Shown here: positions 37,691 through 46,154 of the stretch, piece by piece
Position numbering within the stretch: position 1 is the first letter of the stretch
Layout of the letters: each line of letters opens with the position of its first letter
Origin: Dehalococcoidia bacterium
Lineage (GTDB): Bacteria; Chloroflexota; Dehalococcoidia; UBA2979
Direction of reading: 5' to 3'
Length of the DNA stretch: 64,000 bases
Assembly: GCA_963667465.2 (NCBI GenBank)
Contig: CAXXDN010000002.1
Span: forward strand, 352,001-416,000
Made by a program: the position numbers and the translations under genes
Notes under the pieces: generated by a model
Told to the model about the DNA's origin: nothing
Database searches by the model: none
The model's input: the letters and a program-made list of their open reading frames with translations, nothing else

Positions 37691-38574
37691 TACCGGCCGC
37701 GGAGGGCGCTCCGCCCCCGCTCGCGATCGGAGCGCACTGCTCGGCCTCCGGCGGCCTCTGGCGCACGATCGAGCGAGCGATCGCTATCGAGGCGGAGGCC
37801 GTGCAGTTCTTCGGCTCCTCGCCGCGCGCCTGGCGTCCCACGAACCACAAGCCCGAGGCCTTCGAGCGCTTCCGCGAGCTGCGTGCGGAGTCCGGCATCG
37901 GCCAGGCGTGGCTGCACGGCAGCTACCTGGTCAGCCTCGCCCCCCGTAACGAGGAGCACTACGAGAAGTCGATCGCCTCGGTGGTCAACGCACTCAGCGT
38001 CGCCGCCCGGGCCGGGGCGGAGGGCGTGGTGCTGCACAGCGGCTCGCACCTCGGACGGGGCTTCGAGGCAGTGCTGCCGGAGGTGGTCTCCGCCATCGGG
38101 CGCATCTTCGACGAGGCGCCGGAGGGTCCGTTCCTCGCATTGGAGAACGCGGCCGGCCAGCAAGGCCCGATCGGCGGCACGTTCGGCGAGCTCGGCGCGA
38201 TCCTCGATGCGGCCGACTCGCCGCGGCTGCGCGTCTGCCTCGACACCTGCCACACCTTCGCCGCCGGCTACGACATCACGACGCCCGAGGGCATGGCGGA
38301 GACCCTCGAGGAGTTCGGGCGCGAGATCGGCCTCGACCTGCTGGCCGTGATCCACGCGAACGACTCGAAGCAGGAGCTGGGCAGCGGGCGCGACCGCCAC
38401 GAGAACATCGGTGAAGGCCACATCGGCTACGAGGGCTTCCGCACCATCCTCGGTGAGCCCGCGTTCGCCGGCCGGGCGTTGCTGCTGGAGGTACCCGGCT
38501 TCGAGGGCGACGGGCCGGACCTGGAGAACGTGCGGCGCCTCAAGCGCATCCGTGACGAGGTGTCGCAGGGGTGA
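37687..38574 (+). CDS. nfo: Endonuclease IV (start uncertain)
   Basis: IGAH, HGSYL, LHSGSH, LENAAG, CLDTCH, HANDSK, DRHENIGEG, LEVP. Confidence 0.93.
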   Translation: MIPAAEGAPPPLAIGAHCSASGGLWRTIERAIAIEAEAVQFFGSSPRAWRPTNHKPEAFERFRELRAESGIGQAWLHGSYLVSLAPRNEEHYEKSIASVVNALSVAARAGAEGVVLHSGSHLGRGFEAVLPEVVSAIGRIFDEAPEGPFLALENAAGQQGPIGGTFGELGAILDAADSPRLRVCLDTCHTFAAGYDITTPEGMAETLEEFGREIGLDLLAVIHANDSKQELGSGRDRHENIGEGHIGYEGFRTILGEPAFAGRALLLEVPGFEGDGPDLENVRRLKRIRDEVSQG

Positions 38575-38861
38575 TGATGCACCGACGTATGCGCCTGCGG
38601 CGCTGGAAGGTCATGGCCTGCGCGACGATCTTCGCGCTCGCGCTGCTCAGCGCCGCCTGTGCGGAGAGCGGCGGGCACCTCGAGGGCGATCTCCACGATC
38701 AACTGCACGAGATCGCGCACCTGGCCTGCGCGCGGGTCGAGGGCGGCGCCGCTGCCGGCGACGTGGTCGCCGAGACGGTTGCTGAGGCCGTCGCGCTTGG
38801 CGCGACGGAGGCGCAGATGCGCGACATTCTCGAGGAAGAGTGCTCGGATCTGCTCGAGTAG
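38571..38861 (+). CDS. Small hypothetical lipoprotein
   Basis: Basic N-terminus, hydrophobic core, SAAC lipobox-like motif. Confidence 0.55.
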   Translation: MMMHRRMRLRRWKVMACATIFALALLSAACAESGGHLEGDLHDQLHEIAHLACARVEGGAAAGDVVAETVAEAVALGATEAQMRDILEEECSDLLE

Positions 38862-38876
38862 TCCCTGCCGGCGCCG

Positions 38877-39238
38877 CTAGCGCGGACCCCCGCCGTGCGG
38901 GCGGACGCGGCGCGGGCGCCCTGCCAGCCCGCGGAACTCGTCCTCCAGAAGAGGATCTCCATGAGCAGGTGCGGGGTTACGCCCCAGCGCTGATCCGTCG
39001 GTGCGCCCTCCTCGGCGAGCCGCTCCAGCAGGCGCTCGGCCATCGAGGCGTGGTCCATGCCGGGGTCGTTCCCGGCGATGCGGATGTCGGCCTCGAACTC
39101 CAGCACGGCGTCGATCACCTCTGCGGCGATGAAGCCGCCGAACTCCTCGGACAGCTGCTCGGCCACCCAGTTCGCGCACTCGGTCGAGAGTTGCTCGTCG
39201 AGGCGGATGTCGTCGGCGTCAGGTGTGTCGTTGCTCAT
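38877..39238 (-). CDS. Acidic hypothetical protein with an apparent frameshift near 38945
   Basis: GGAGG RBS; reads ...EILFW then continues EDEFRGLAGRPRR to a stop at 38877 in another frame (TGG AGG AC where TGG GAG GAC is expected). Confidence 0.6.
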
Positions 39239-39248
39239 CGCGCCTCCG

Positions 39249-39668
39249 TTACGCGCCGGGCATGGGCGCCCATGGCCCGAGCCCGGCGAGCCGATCGGCG
39301 GCGATGCGGACGATGAGCCGCTGCTCGCCGGGCTGGCGGAAGGGGTAACTGTCCAGGCCGAGGAAGCGCCCCGCGAGCATGTCGATGTGCGCGTCGGCGC
39401 CCTCGGCGGTGATCTCGGTGACGCGGCCGTGGATCAGCAGGTAGTGCTGCGGCTCGTCGCGGTCCTGCACGGAGAGCAGGACGCGCGGATCGCGGCGCAT
39501 GTTGCGCGTCTTGGCGCGACCCTCCGAGGTGTTGATCACCAGCTCGTCACCCTCGACGTCGACCCAGAGCATCGAGAGCTGGGGCGTGCCGCTGGGGTTC
39601 GTCGTCACGAGGTGGCCGTAGGCGCGGTCGGCGAGCAGCGTACGGGCGGACTCGGGCAGTGCGGCCAT
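39249..39668 (-). CDS. PPOX-class F420-dependent oxidoreductase
   Basis: LVTTNPSGTPQ, RAKTRNMRRDPRV, YPFRQPGEQR. Confidence 0.9.
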   Translation of the reverse strand: MAALPESARTLLADRAYGHLVTTNPSGTPQLSMLWVDVEGDELVINTSEGRAKTRNMRRDPRVLLSVQDRDEPQHYLLIHGRVTEITAEGADAHIDMLAGRFLGLDSYPFRQPGEQRLIVRIAADRLAGLGPWAPMPGA

Positions 39669-39899
39669 GTTGGGGCGGCTCCGTTCGTGGTCTCGCGTCG
39701 GTGCGGCGATCGTACCGCCGCGCCTGCCAGAGGCGCCAACCTCACGTTGACGGAGGGATCGGGCGAATCTACGCTGAGGCCGCTTGCGAGGCAGTTCCGA
39801 GCCACATTCCTCCGGCGCGATGAAGCGGGCAACAAGACGGACGAGGGACCGGGCGGTCGCCTCGCCGACGCAGGCGCGCCGGGTTCGATTGGAGCGCGC

Positions 39900-41327
39900 A
39901 TGGCCCAGGGGACGACGCGACCCGCACCCGCGGATCGCGAGGAGTCGCCCGCCCCGCAGGGGCCTGCCGGGCCGAACGGGGACGGGCCCGGCGAGCCGGG
40001 CTCGCCGCCGCGAGCGATGGCCGCCGCAGGCGCTCGTCCACCGCTGCGCCGCACGTTCAGCGCATTCCGCTACCCGGACTACCGCCTGCTCTGGGCCTCG
40101 ATGGCCATGGCGATGGTCGGCATGCAGATGCAGATGATCGCGCGCGGGCTGCTCGCCTTCGAGCTGGCGGGCAACTACTCGGCGGTCGGCGCGCTGGCTG
40201 CGGCGTGGGGTATCCCGCAGTTCTTCCTCGCACTGCCTGGCGGCGCGATCGCCGACCGCATGGACAAGCGCGTCGTGCTGCTGTTCACGCAGGGCGCGGT
40301 GTTTCTGCAGGCGCTGGCCGTCGGGCTGCTGATCGCCTTCGACGCGATCTCGCTGCAGCTGCTGTTCCTGTTCGGCATCGTGCTCGGCGGCACCTTCTCC
40401 TTCAACATGCCCGCCCGCCAGGCCTACATCCCCGAGCTGGTCCCGAGGGACGAGCTGATGAACGCGATCGCCCTCAACAACACGGCGATGAACGCGACGC
40501 GCCTCTTCTCCCCCGTCGCCGCGGGGGTCTTCATCGCGGCGTTCGGCTTCGCCACGACCTACCTCATCACCGCCGCCATGTACCTCATCGCCTGGGGCGC
40601 CGTGTGGCTGCTGCCGCGCGGCCGCGGCCACCTCGCGGGCGCCAGCGAGCGCAAAGGGATGTTCGAGGAGATCCGGCTCGGCCTGCGCTACGTCCGCCAG
40701 AACCGCGCGCTACGCGCGTTGATGCTCATGGCGCTGGTGCCGATCACCCTCGGCATGCCGTTCGTGACGATCTTGCCCGCGTTCGCGGCAGGCGACCTCG
40801 GGCTCAACTCGCTCGGCTTCGGGCTACTGACGGCCGTGAACGCCGTGGGAGCGCTGGCCGGATCGCTGCTGATCGCGGCGCTGAATCCTTCCGGCCGGCT
40901 GGCCCGCCGGCAGGCGCTGCTTGGTATGGGCTGGGGCGTCGGGCTGATCCTCCTCGGTGTCGGCTCGCTCTCGTTCGGGTTGCCCGGCGCGTTCCTTGCG
41001 ATGATCGTGATCGGCGGCTGTTCGATGGCCTACATGGCGCTGAACAACGGGATGATCATGACCAGCTCGTCGCAGCAGTACCACGGGCGGATCATGAGCC
41101 TCTACATGCTGACGTTCGGCATCTTCCCGCTCGTGGGCTTGCCGCTCGGCATCCTCGGAGACGCGATCGGCGGCTACGCGACCTTCACGCTGCTGGGCGC
41201 GAGCATCCTCGCATTCGTCCTCGTGCTCCTGCTGGTCGTCCCATCGGACCTGATCGACCGCGCCGCGAGCGCCGGCCCACGAGAGCCGGCCGAAGCGGAG
41301 GCGCAGTCCGAGGCGCGAGCCAGCTGA
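39900..41327 (+). CDS. MFS transporter
   Basis: YRLLW, GGAIADRMDKR, PARQA, NAIALN, GRIMS. Confidence 0.9.
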   Translation: MAQGTTRPAPADREESPAPQGPAGPNGDGPGEPGSPPRAMAAAGARPPLRRTFSAFRYPDYRLLWASMAMAMVGMQMQMIARGLLAFELAGNYSAVGALAAAWGIPQFFLALPGGAIADRMDKRVVLLFTQGAVFLQALAVGLLIAFDAISLQLLFLFGIVLGGTFSFNMPARQAYIPELVPRDELMNAIALNNTAMNATRLFSPVAAGVFIAAFGFATTYLITAAMYLIAWGAVWLLPRGRGHLAGASERKGMFEEIRLGLRYVRQNRALRALMLMALVPITLGMPFVTILPAFAAGDLGLNSLGFGLLTAVNAVGALAGSLLIAALNPSGRLARRQALLGMGWGVGLILLGVGSLSFGLPGAFLAMIVIGGCSMAYMALNNGMIMTSSSQQYHGRIMSLYMLTFGIFPLVGLPLGILGDAIGGYATFTLLGASILAFVLVLLLVVPSDLIDRAASAGPREPAEAEAQSEARAS

Positions 41328-41352
41328 GGCGTGACGCGGCCGAGGCCCGCGC

Positions 41353-42195
41353 TTACTCGAGGACCAGCTGGAACTCCATGACGCCGCGGTCCTCGACCGA
41401 TACCACGATCGGAGCGCTCGGCGCAGTGATGTCGTAGTCGGCGAACGCGATCTCGAGCGAGCCCACGACCACGACGAGCCCGCCCGTGAACTGGCCCTCG
41501 AGGGGAATCTCGACGCGCTGCGTTACGCCATGCAGCGTCAGATCGCCGACGGCCGTGACCGAGATCGTCTCGCCCTCGGCGGGCACGGACTCGATCGGGA
41601 TCGGTTCGGCAAGGACGAAGGTCGAGGTCGGGAACCTGTTCGTCTCAATCGCCTGGCCGCGCAGGGCGCGGTCGCGCCGCGAGTCGTCCGTCTTCAGCTG
41701 GGTCATGTCGACCTCGACGGTGACGGCGGTGATCGCGCTGCCGTCGAACTCGAGCGAGGCGGTGAGCGCCGTCGAGCGCCCGACGGCGGTGAATGCACCG
41801 ATGCCGACGAGTTCCTCGCGGACGCGGAAACCGGCGAAGGACTCGCCCTGCCCGGAAAGCTGCCAGGCACCGGTCAGCTCGCCCTCGGGGCGCGCCGGGG
41901 CAGCCTCGGCGGTTGCCTCGGGCGTCGCTGGCGGTGTGGGGGTGGCGGTCGCCGTCGGCGTGCGTGTGGTCGCGCTGGTCGGCGCCGGCGTTGGTCTGGA
42001 AGTCGGAGTCGAGGCAGCGGCGGTGGCGGTCGCCGTCGCGGTCTCCCGCGTGGTGGCGACGGCGCCCTCGATGCTCACCGGCGGCGGGGCGTCGTCGCGG
42101 AGGAAGAAGTACCAGCCGCCGACGGCCACCACGGCGACCACGATCACCGCGAGCACCGCTGCGAGTACGAGGCGGGGCCGACCGAGCATCATCAT
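41353..42195 (-). CDS. YceI-family protein with N-terminal TM anchor and Thr/Pro linker
   Basis: GFRVRE, AVGR, LKTDDSRRD, GDLTLHGVT; GGAGG RBS. Confidence 0.88.
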   Translation of the reverse strand: MMMLGRPRLVLAAVLAVIVVAVVAVGGWYFFLRDDAPPPVSIEGAVATTRETATATATAAASTPTSRPTPAPTSATTRTPTATATPTPPATPEATAEAAPARPEGELTGAWQLSGQGESFAGFRVREELVGIGAFTAVGRSTALTASLEFDGSAITAVTVEVDMTQLKTDDSRRDRALRGQAIETNRFPTSTFVLAEPIPIESVPAEGETISVTAVGDLTLHGVTQRVEIPLEGQFTGGLVVVVGSLEIAFADYDITAPSAPIVVSVEDRGVMEFQLVLE

Positions 42196-42282
42196 CCTCC
42201 TGCACGCACGGGAACCGCTGGCGCGCAGCCTGTCAGAACGCGGATAACATCAGCGTAAGGCCACCCGGGCGCTGGTTACAGA

Positions 42283-42324
42283 TGCATCCGGGAGGCGGCT
42301 GCATCCGGGAGGCGGCTGCATCCC
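42283..42324. repeat. 17-bp tandem repeat, about 2.5 copies
   Basis: TGCATCCGGGAGGCGGC x2 plus TGCATCCC; CCGGGAGGCGG recurs at 42431. Confidence 0.8.
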
Positions 42325-42504
42325 GAAGACAGCCGTATTCGAAGGGCGCCGCCGCGGTGTAGCGGGTTCCAGGGCTCCTCGTGACGTCCGCCCACCCACG
42401 AGTGGTGGCGGCGCGGGTCGCAAGCCGGGTCCGGGAGGCGGTGTAGTATACGGCTCGGTTCGGACCCCGAACCATGATCCGCGGAGGCGCCGCTACGGGG
42501 CGTC

Positions 42505-43482
42505 GTGGGCGAGGTGGGCGCCACGACCGACTTCATGACGCCAGAGCAGCGAGCCGAGGTGGAGGCTCTGCGAGCGCAGCGGTTCGACACGAAGCGCGCC
42601 ACTGTCCCAACCCTCGAAGACCTGTTGTACACGCCCGTCCAAATCCTCGATCACGGGTTCGTGCGGGTCATCGACTACATGGGCGACGACGGCGCCATCG
42701 TGCAGGCGGCCCGCGTCTCGTATGGACGAGGCACCCGGCGCACCTCGGATGATCGAGGGCTGATCCGCTACCTCATGCGTCACCGGCACACGACGCCCTT
42801 CGAGATGTGCGAGATCAAGCTGCACGTCAAACTCCCGATCTTCGTCGCGCGGCAGTGGATCCGGCACCGCACGGCCAACGTCAACGAGTACTCCGCCCGC
42901 TACTCGATCCTCGATCGTGAGTTCTACGTGCCGGGCGCGGACGTCATCCGGTCTCAATCCCGAACCAACCGCCAGGGCCGCGGCGCGCAACTCTCCCCGG
43001 ACGAGGCCGCGCGGGTCCAGGAGCTGCTGCGCGAGGACGCCGAACGCGCGTACGGGCACTACGAGGAGCTATTGAACGAGTCGCCCGCCGGAGAATCGGG
43101 TGACGAGGAGCAACGTGGCCTGGCGCGTGAGCTCGCCCGGATGAATCTCTCGCTCAACTTCTACACGCAGTGGTACTGGAAGATTGACCTCCACAACCTG
43201 CTGCACTTCCTGTCGCTGCGAGCGGACGAGCACGCCCAGTACGAAATCCGCGTGTACGCGGACGCAATCCTCGAGGGCGTCGTGAAGCCCTGGGTGCCGT
43301 TCGCCTACGAGGCGTTTTGCGACTATCGGATGAACAGCGGGGTGCTCTCCGCCGGCGCTCTTGCGGTCGTGCGTGCACTTGTCGAGGGTCGGCGCGCCGA
43401 AGCGGAAGCGCTGCGCAAGGCGTCCGGGATCTCCGGACGCGAGTGGCGAGAGCTGATGGAGACGCTCGAGCTCGGCGACTGA
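42505..43482 (+). CDS. thyX: FAD-dependent thymidylate synthase
   Basis: [26 protein letters not shown] (RHRx7SxR), ELAR, HAQYEIR. Confidence 0.96.
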   Translation: MGEVGATTDFMTPEQRAEVEALRAQRFDTKRATVPTLEDLLYTPVQILDHGFVRVIDYMGDDGAIVQAARVSYGRGTRRTSDDRGLIRYLMRHRHTTPFEMCEIKLHVKLPIFVARQWIRHRTANVNEYSARYSILDREFYVPGADVIRSQSRTNRQGRGAQLSPDEAARVQELLREDAERAYGHYEELLNESPAGESGDEEQRGLARELARMNLSLNFYTQWYWKIDLHNLLHFLSLRADEHAQYEIRVYADAILEGVVKPWVPFAYEAFCDYRMNSGVLSAGALAVVRALVEGRRAEAEALRKASGISGREWRELMETLELGD

Positions 43483-43535
43483 CCGGCATCCGTACGAGTC
43501 GAGGTGAGCGCGCTACCAGGACACCCGTCGCTCGG

Positions 43536-44453
43536 TCACTCCCGTGTCGCCGCCACGAACGACAACAGCTCGTCAAGGGAGTGAGCCCAGAAGAGCGTGA
43601 GGCCGCGCTCCTGTGCCTCGATGAGGTGCGGTAGCCCGAACACGCCACTCAGGACCGCCACCGGAACGACGTTGCTGCGCCCCAGATCTTCAGTCCAGAT
43701 TCGGGCCTTCACGGCTGCGTCATTCGTCAGCCGTTTGATGGAGTTGACCTCCGAATTGCTGACCTTGCACTCGATTGGCATGACGCGCCCGTCCCACAGA
43801 CGAATGACGACATCGGCCTTCCGCGATTCACCCACGACGCACTCACCGGTGAAGCGCCCCGGCGCCGGAGCTGCAAACATGTTCGGGAGCGGGCGCGGCT
43901 TCTCTTCGATGAAGTCGTGAGCAGCGAGCCGCGTCTTGACCAGACTCTCTTGCTGTTGCGGGGCGTCGTTCATACGGCTAGTGCGCGCTCGCTGGGATGC
44001 TATCAGAGCGGCGGTCGCCACGACCGCCGCACGTCGTTCGGCGGGGCTTGGTGCCCTCCGCTCGGAGACCCACGCGAAGCGCTCGCGGTCCAGCCCCCGC
44101 AGGATCATCTCGACCACGCCGCGAGCTCCCTCGGGGTCCGACCGGATTCTCGATGGCGCGAGCGACACATCCGAAAGGGTCCGCAAGTCATCGGTGGACA
44201 GCGGAGGTCCTGCAAGGTAGCGAGAGACATATAGGAGATCCTGGTCCGCAAGGACATCTGACGCCTGTGCCGCAAGAGTGGAGAGATCGGCAGTCGTGTC
44301 GAGGAGGCGTTCGATTCCCTCTCGGTAGCGGGCGAAGTTCTCCAGATAGACGCTGAGCGACTCGCTCAGACGCTCGTCGCGGAATTCCTGGATGGCGACT
44401 TGGCGATCGGCTTCGAGCCTCTGTTCGTCCCAGCGGGGAGGCTGTGCGGGCAA
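43536..44453 (-). CDS. Type II restriction endonuclease, XamI-like
   Basis: RYLAGPPLSTDDL, LDRERFAW, KADVV...IECKVSNSEVNSIKRL (PD-(D/E)xK), LSGVF, FWAH; abuts the MTase. Confidence 0.82.
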   Translation of the reverse strand: MPAQPPRWDEQRLEADRQVAIQEFRDERLSESLSVYLENFARYREGIERLLDTTADLSTLAAQASDVLADQDLLYVSRYLAGPPLSTDDLRTLSDVSLAPSRIRSDPEGARGVVEMILRGLDRERFAWVSERRAPSPAERRAAVVATAALIASQRARTSRMNDAPQQQESLVKTRLAAHDFIEEKPRPLPNMFAAPAPGRFTGECVVGESRKADVVIRLWDGRVMPIECKVSNSEVNSIKRLTNDAAVKARIWTEDLGRSNVVPVAVLSGVFGLPHLIEAQERGLTLFWAHSLDELLSFVAATRE

Positions 44454-46067
44454 TCAATCCTCCAAGAGCAGTTCCAGCGAAGGTACGGGGATCCGTTCCA
44501 TCTCCCGAGGTTCGAACTTTACCAATCCACCCGCGTAAGTCCGGCCCATCCCCATACTGACGCTGCCCTGCAGCGCCGCAGCAAGCCGATCGAGTGCGCG
44601 GTCCGGTAGTGGCTCCCGTGGGTAGATTCCGTGCGCGATGTTGATGTGACGAGCGCCGGCGATGTTCCGCACGAAGGCCGGGGGACGCCGGGCCATGTAG
44701 GTGGCGAGGATAGGCGCTGGGTCTCGCAGGCCGACTGACCACCACGCCTTGCGGTTGCGCGCGACATAGCCATCCGGAACTCCGGCAGCCTCTGCGGACT
44801 TGAGGAAAGCCTCTACCGCACGACGCTCTCCCGGCTCCAGTTCGTCGAGATCGGCGGGAAGGTCGATCACGCGGCGCAGCGAAGCAGTTGATTCCAGCCG
44901 ACTACCTACGTCAATCAACTCGCGCGCCCGCGTCACAGACGGCACGAGGTAGCCTTCTGGGACGGGCGAGTGCTCACCGTGCGGGATCACCCAAGTTCCA
45001 TTGGCTCCGGTCACCTGACCACGGTGGACGCGGCAAATCTCGCCTAGGTCGACATAGCCCTCGGGCACGGCCGGCGTCGAGCGCACCAATGGGGTCCAGC
45101 GGGCGGTTTGCTCGAGGTCTTTGCGGTCCACCACGCGCCCGGCGCTCAGGGGCGTCAAGCCGGCGACGTCCTCGACCATGCGCATCCGCACGGAGCGAGG
45201 CTCCAAACCGATTTCGAAGCACGTCACGGCTGCCGTCGTTGCCGCATCGCCGAACGGCAACGCCGACGGGTCGATGACGTGGATCGAGTGGCCGCCCAGC
45301 CCATCGAGCAGCAGGTGCCTGACGGCCCCGCCGTAGTTCACATCGAGCCACTCGGAACTGGTAACGAAGCAACCAACGTCACCAGGCTGCCCGTGCAGCG
45401 CAGTCGCGAGGAAGAAGTACGTGTGCAACCCGGCGAGGCCCGAGAGTCGAATCCCGAAGCGTCCGGCCGCGAGACGCCCCCAAGCCTTCGCATCCGCGCT
45501 GAGGTCATGGTGCCGGACGTATGGGGGGTTCCCTATGAAGGCGGTTCGGCCATCGCAGCGGGGAATGGACGCCTGCGTGTAGTCGGTGTTGAGCACGGTC
45601 GCGTCTCGATCGCGCGCAAGCGCGGCAAGGCCGCCACGGGTCAAGAGCGTCGCCAGCGGGTCCGTGTCCACCGCCACAATTTCGGCGTTGCTCCGGCGAG
45701 CGACTTCAAGGGCGAAACGCCCGCTCCCACATCCGGCGTCGATAACGCGCGCAGGCGATTGCGCAAGGATCCAGTCCACCATGGGCCCGGTGATCGCATC
45801 CGGGGTGAACACTTGGCCGAGGAGTCGCCGTTCTTGCTGGGGCCGCCCTGCGATCAGGCGCTCTCCGAGTGGATCGTTGCCCGCACGGATCGACTCGGCG
45901 GTCTCGCGCACCTCGCCATCGAGTGGGGCGGGGGACGCTTCCGCCTCGCGGATGAGTCGTTCCTCGCCGTCGGAGAGCGGACCGCCATGCTCAGTTGCAC
46001 CGAGTGCGACAGCCAAGCTGGCGAGTGCGAGTTCGATACTGGTCCAACGCTGGATGTCCCCAGCCAC
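44454..46067 (-). CDS. N6-adenine DNA methyltransferase (gamma class), cognate of the REase
   Basis: GQVFTP, IDAGCGSGRF, IGNPPYVRH, WLDVNYG, YAGGLVKFEP. Confidence 0.92.
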   Translation of the reverse strand: MAGDIQRWTSIELALASLAVALGATEHGGPLSDGEERLIREAEASPAPLDGEVRETAESIRAGNDPLGERLIAGRPQQERRLLGQVFTPDAITGPMVDWILAQSPARVIDAGCGSGRFALEVARRSNAEIVAVDTDPLATLLTRGGLAALARDRDATVLNTDYTQASIPRCDGRTAFIGNPPYVRHHDLSADAKAWGRLAAGRFGIRLSGLAGLHTYFFLATALHGQPGDVGCFVTSSEWLDVNYGGAVRHLLLDGLGGHSIHVIDPSALPFGDAATTAAVTCFEIGLEPRSVRMRMVEDVAGLTPLSAGRVVDRKDLEQTARWTPLVRSTPAVPEGYVDLGEICRVHRGQVTGANGTWVIPHGEHSPVPEGYLVPSVTRARELIDVGSRLESTASLRRVIDLPADLDELEPGERRAVEAFLKSAEAAGVPDGYVARNRKAWWSVGLRDPAPILATYMARRPPAFVRNIAGARHINIAHGIYPREPLPDRALDRLAAALQGSVSMGMGRTYAGGLVKFEPREMERIPVPSLELLLED

Positions 46068-46116
46068 GCGTCGCCCCTGCCACTACCCCGGCCCGGAGGA
46101 TATATACCACAGACGT

Positions 46117-46130
46117 AGAACATTTGTACA
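46117..46130. promoter_or_regulatory. LexA-box-like motif upstream of the R-M operon
   Basis: AGAAC-ATTT-GTACA in an AT-rich patch about 50 nt upstream of the MTase start; 2 mismatches to AGAAC-N4-GTTCT. Confidence 0.45.
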
Positions 46131-46154
46131 GGGCGTGCCAACGGATGGCGTCCG

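Noticed and set aside
42330-42504. Known riboswitch, SRP RNA, tmRNA or RNase P upstream of thyX
   Set aside because: I could not find the diagnostic conserved motifs by eye on either strand; an Rfam scan would settle it.
5611-46154. Integron attC sites bounding the two-gene cassettes
   Set aside because: No RYYYAAC...GTTRRRY paired ends or intI gene were seen at the junctions.
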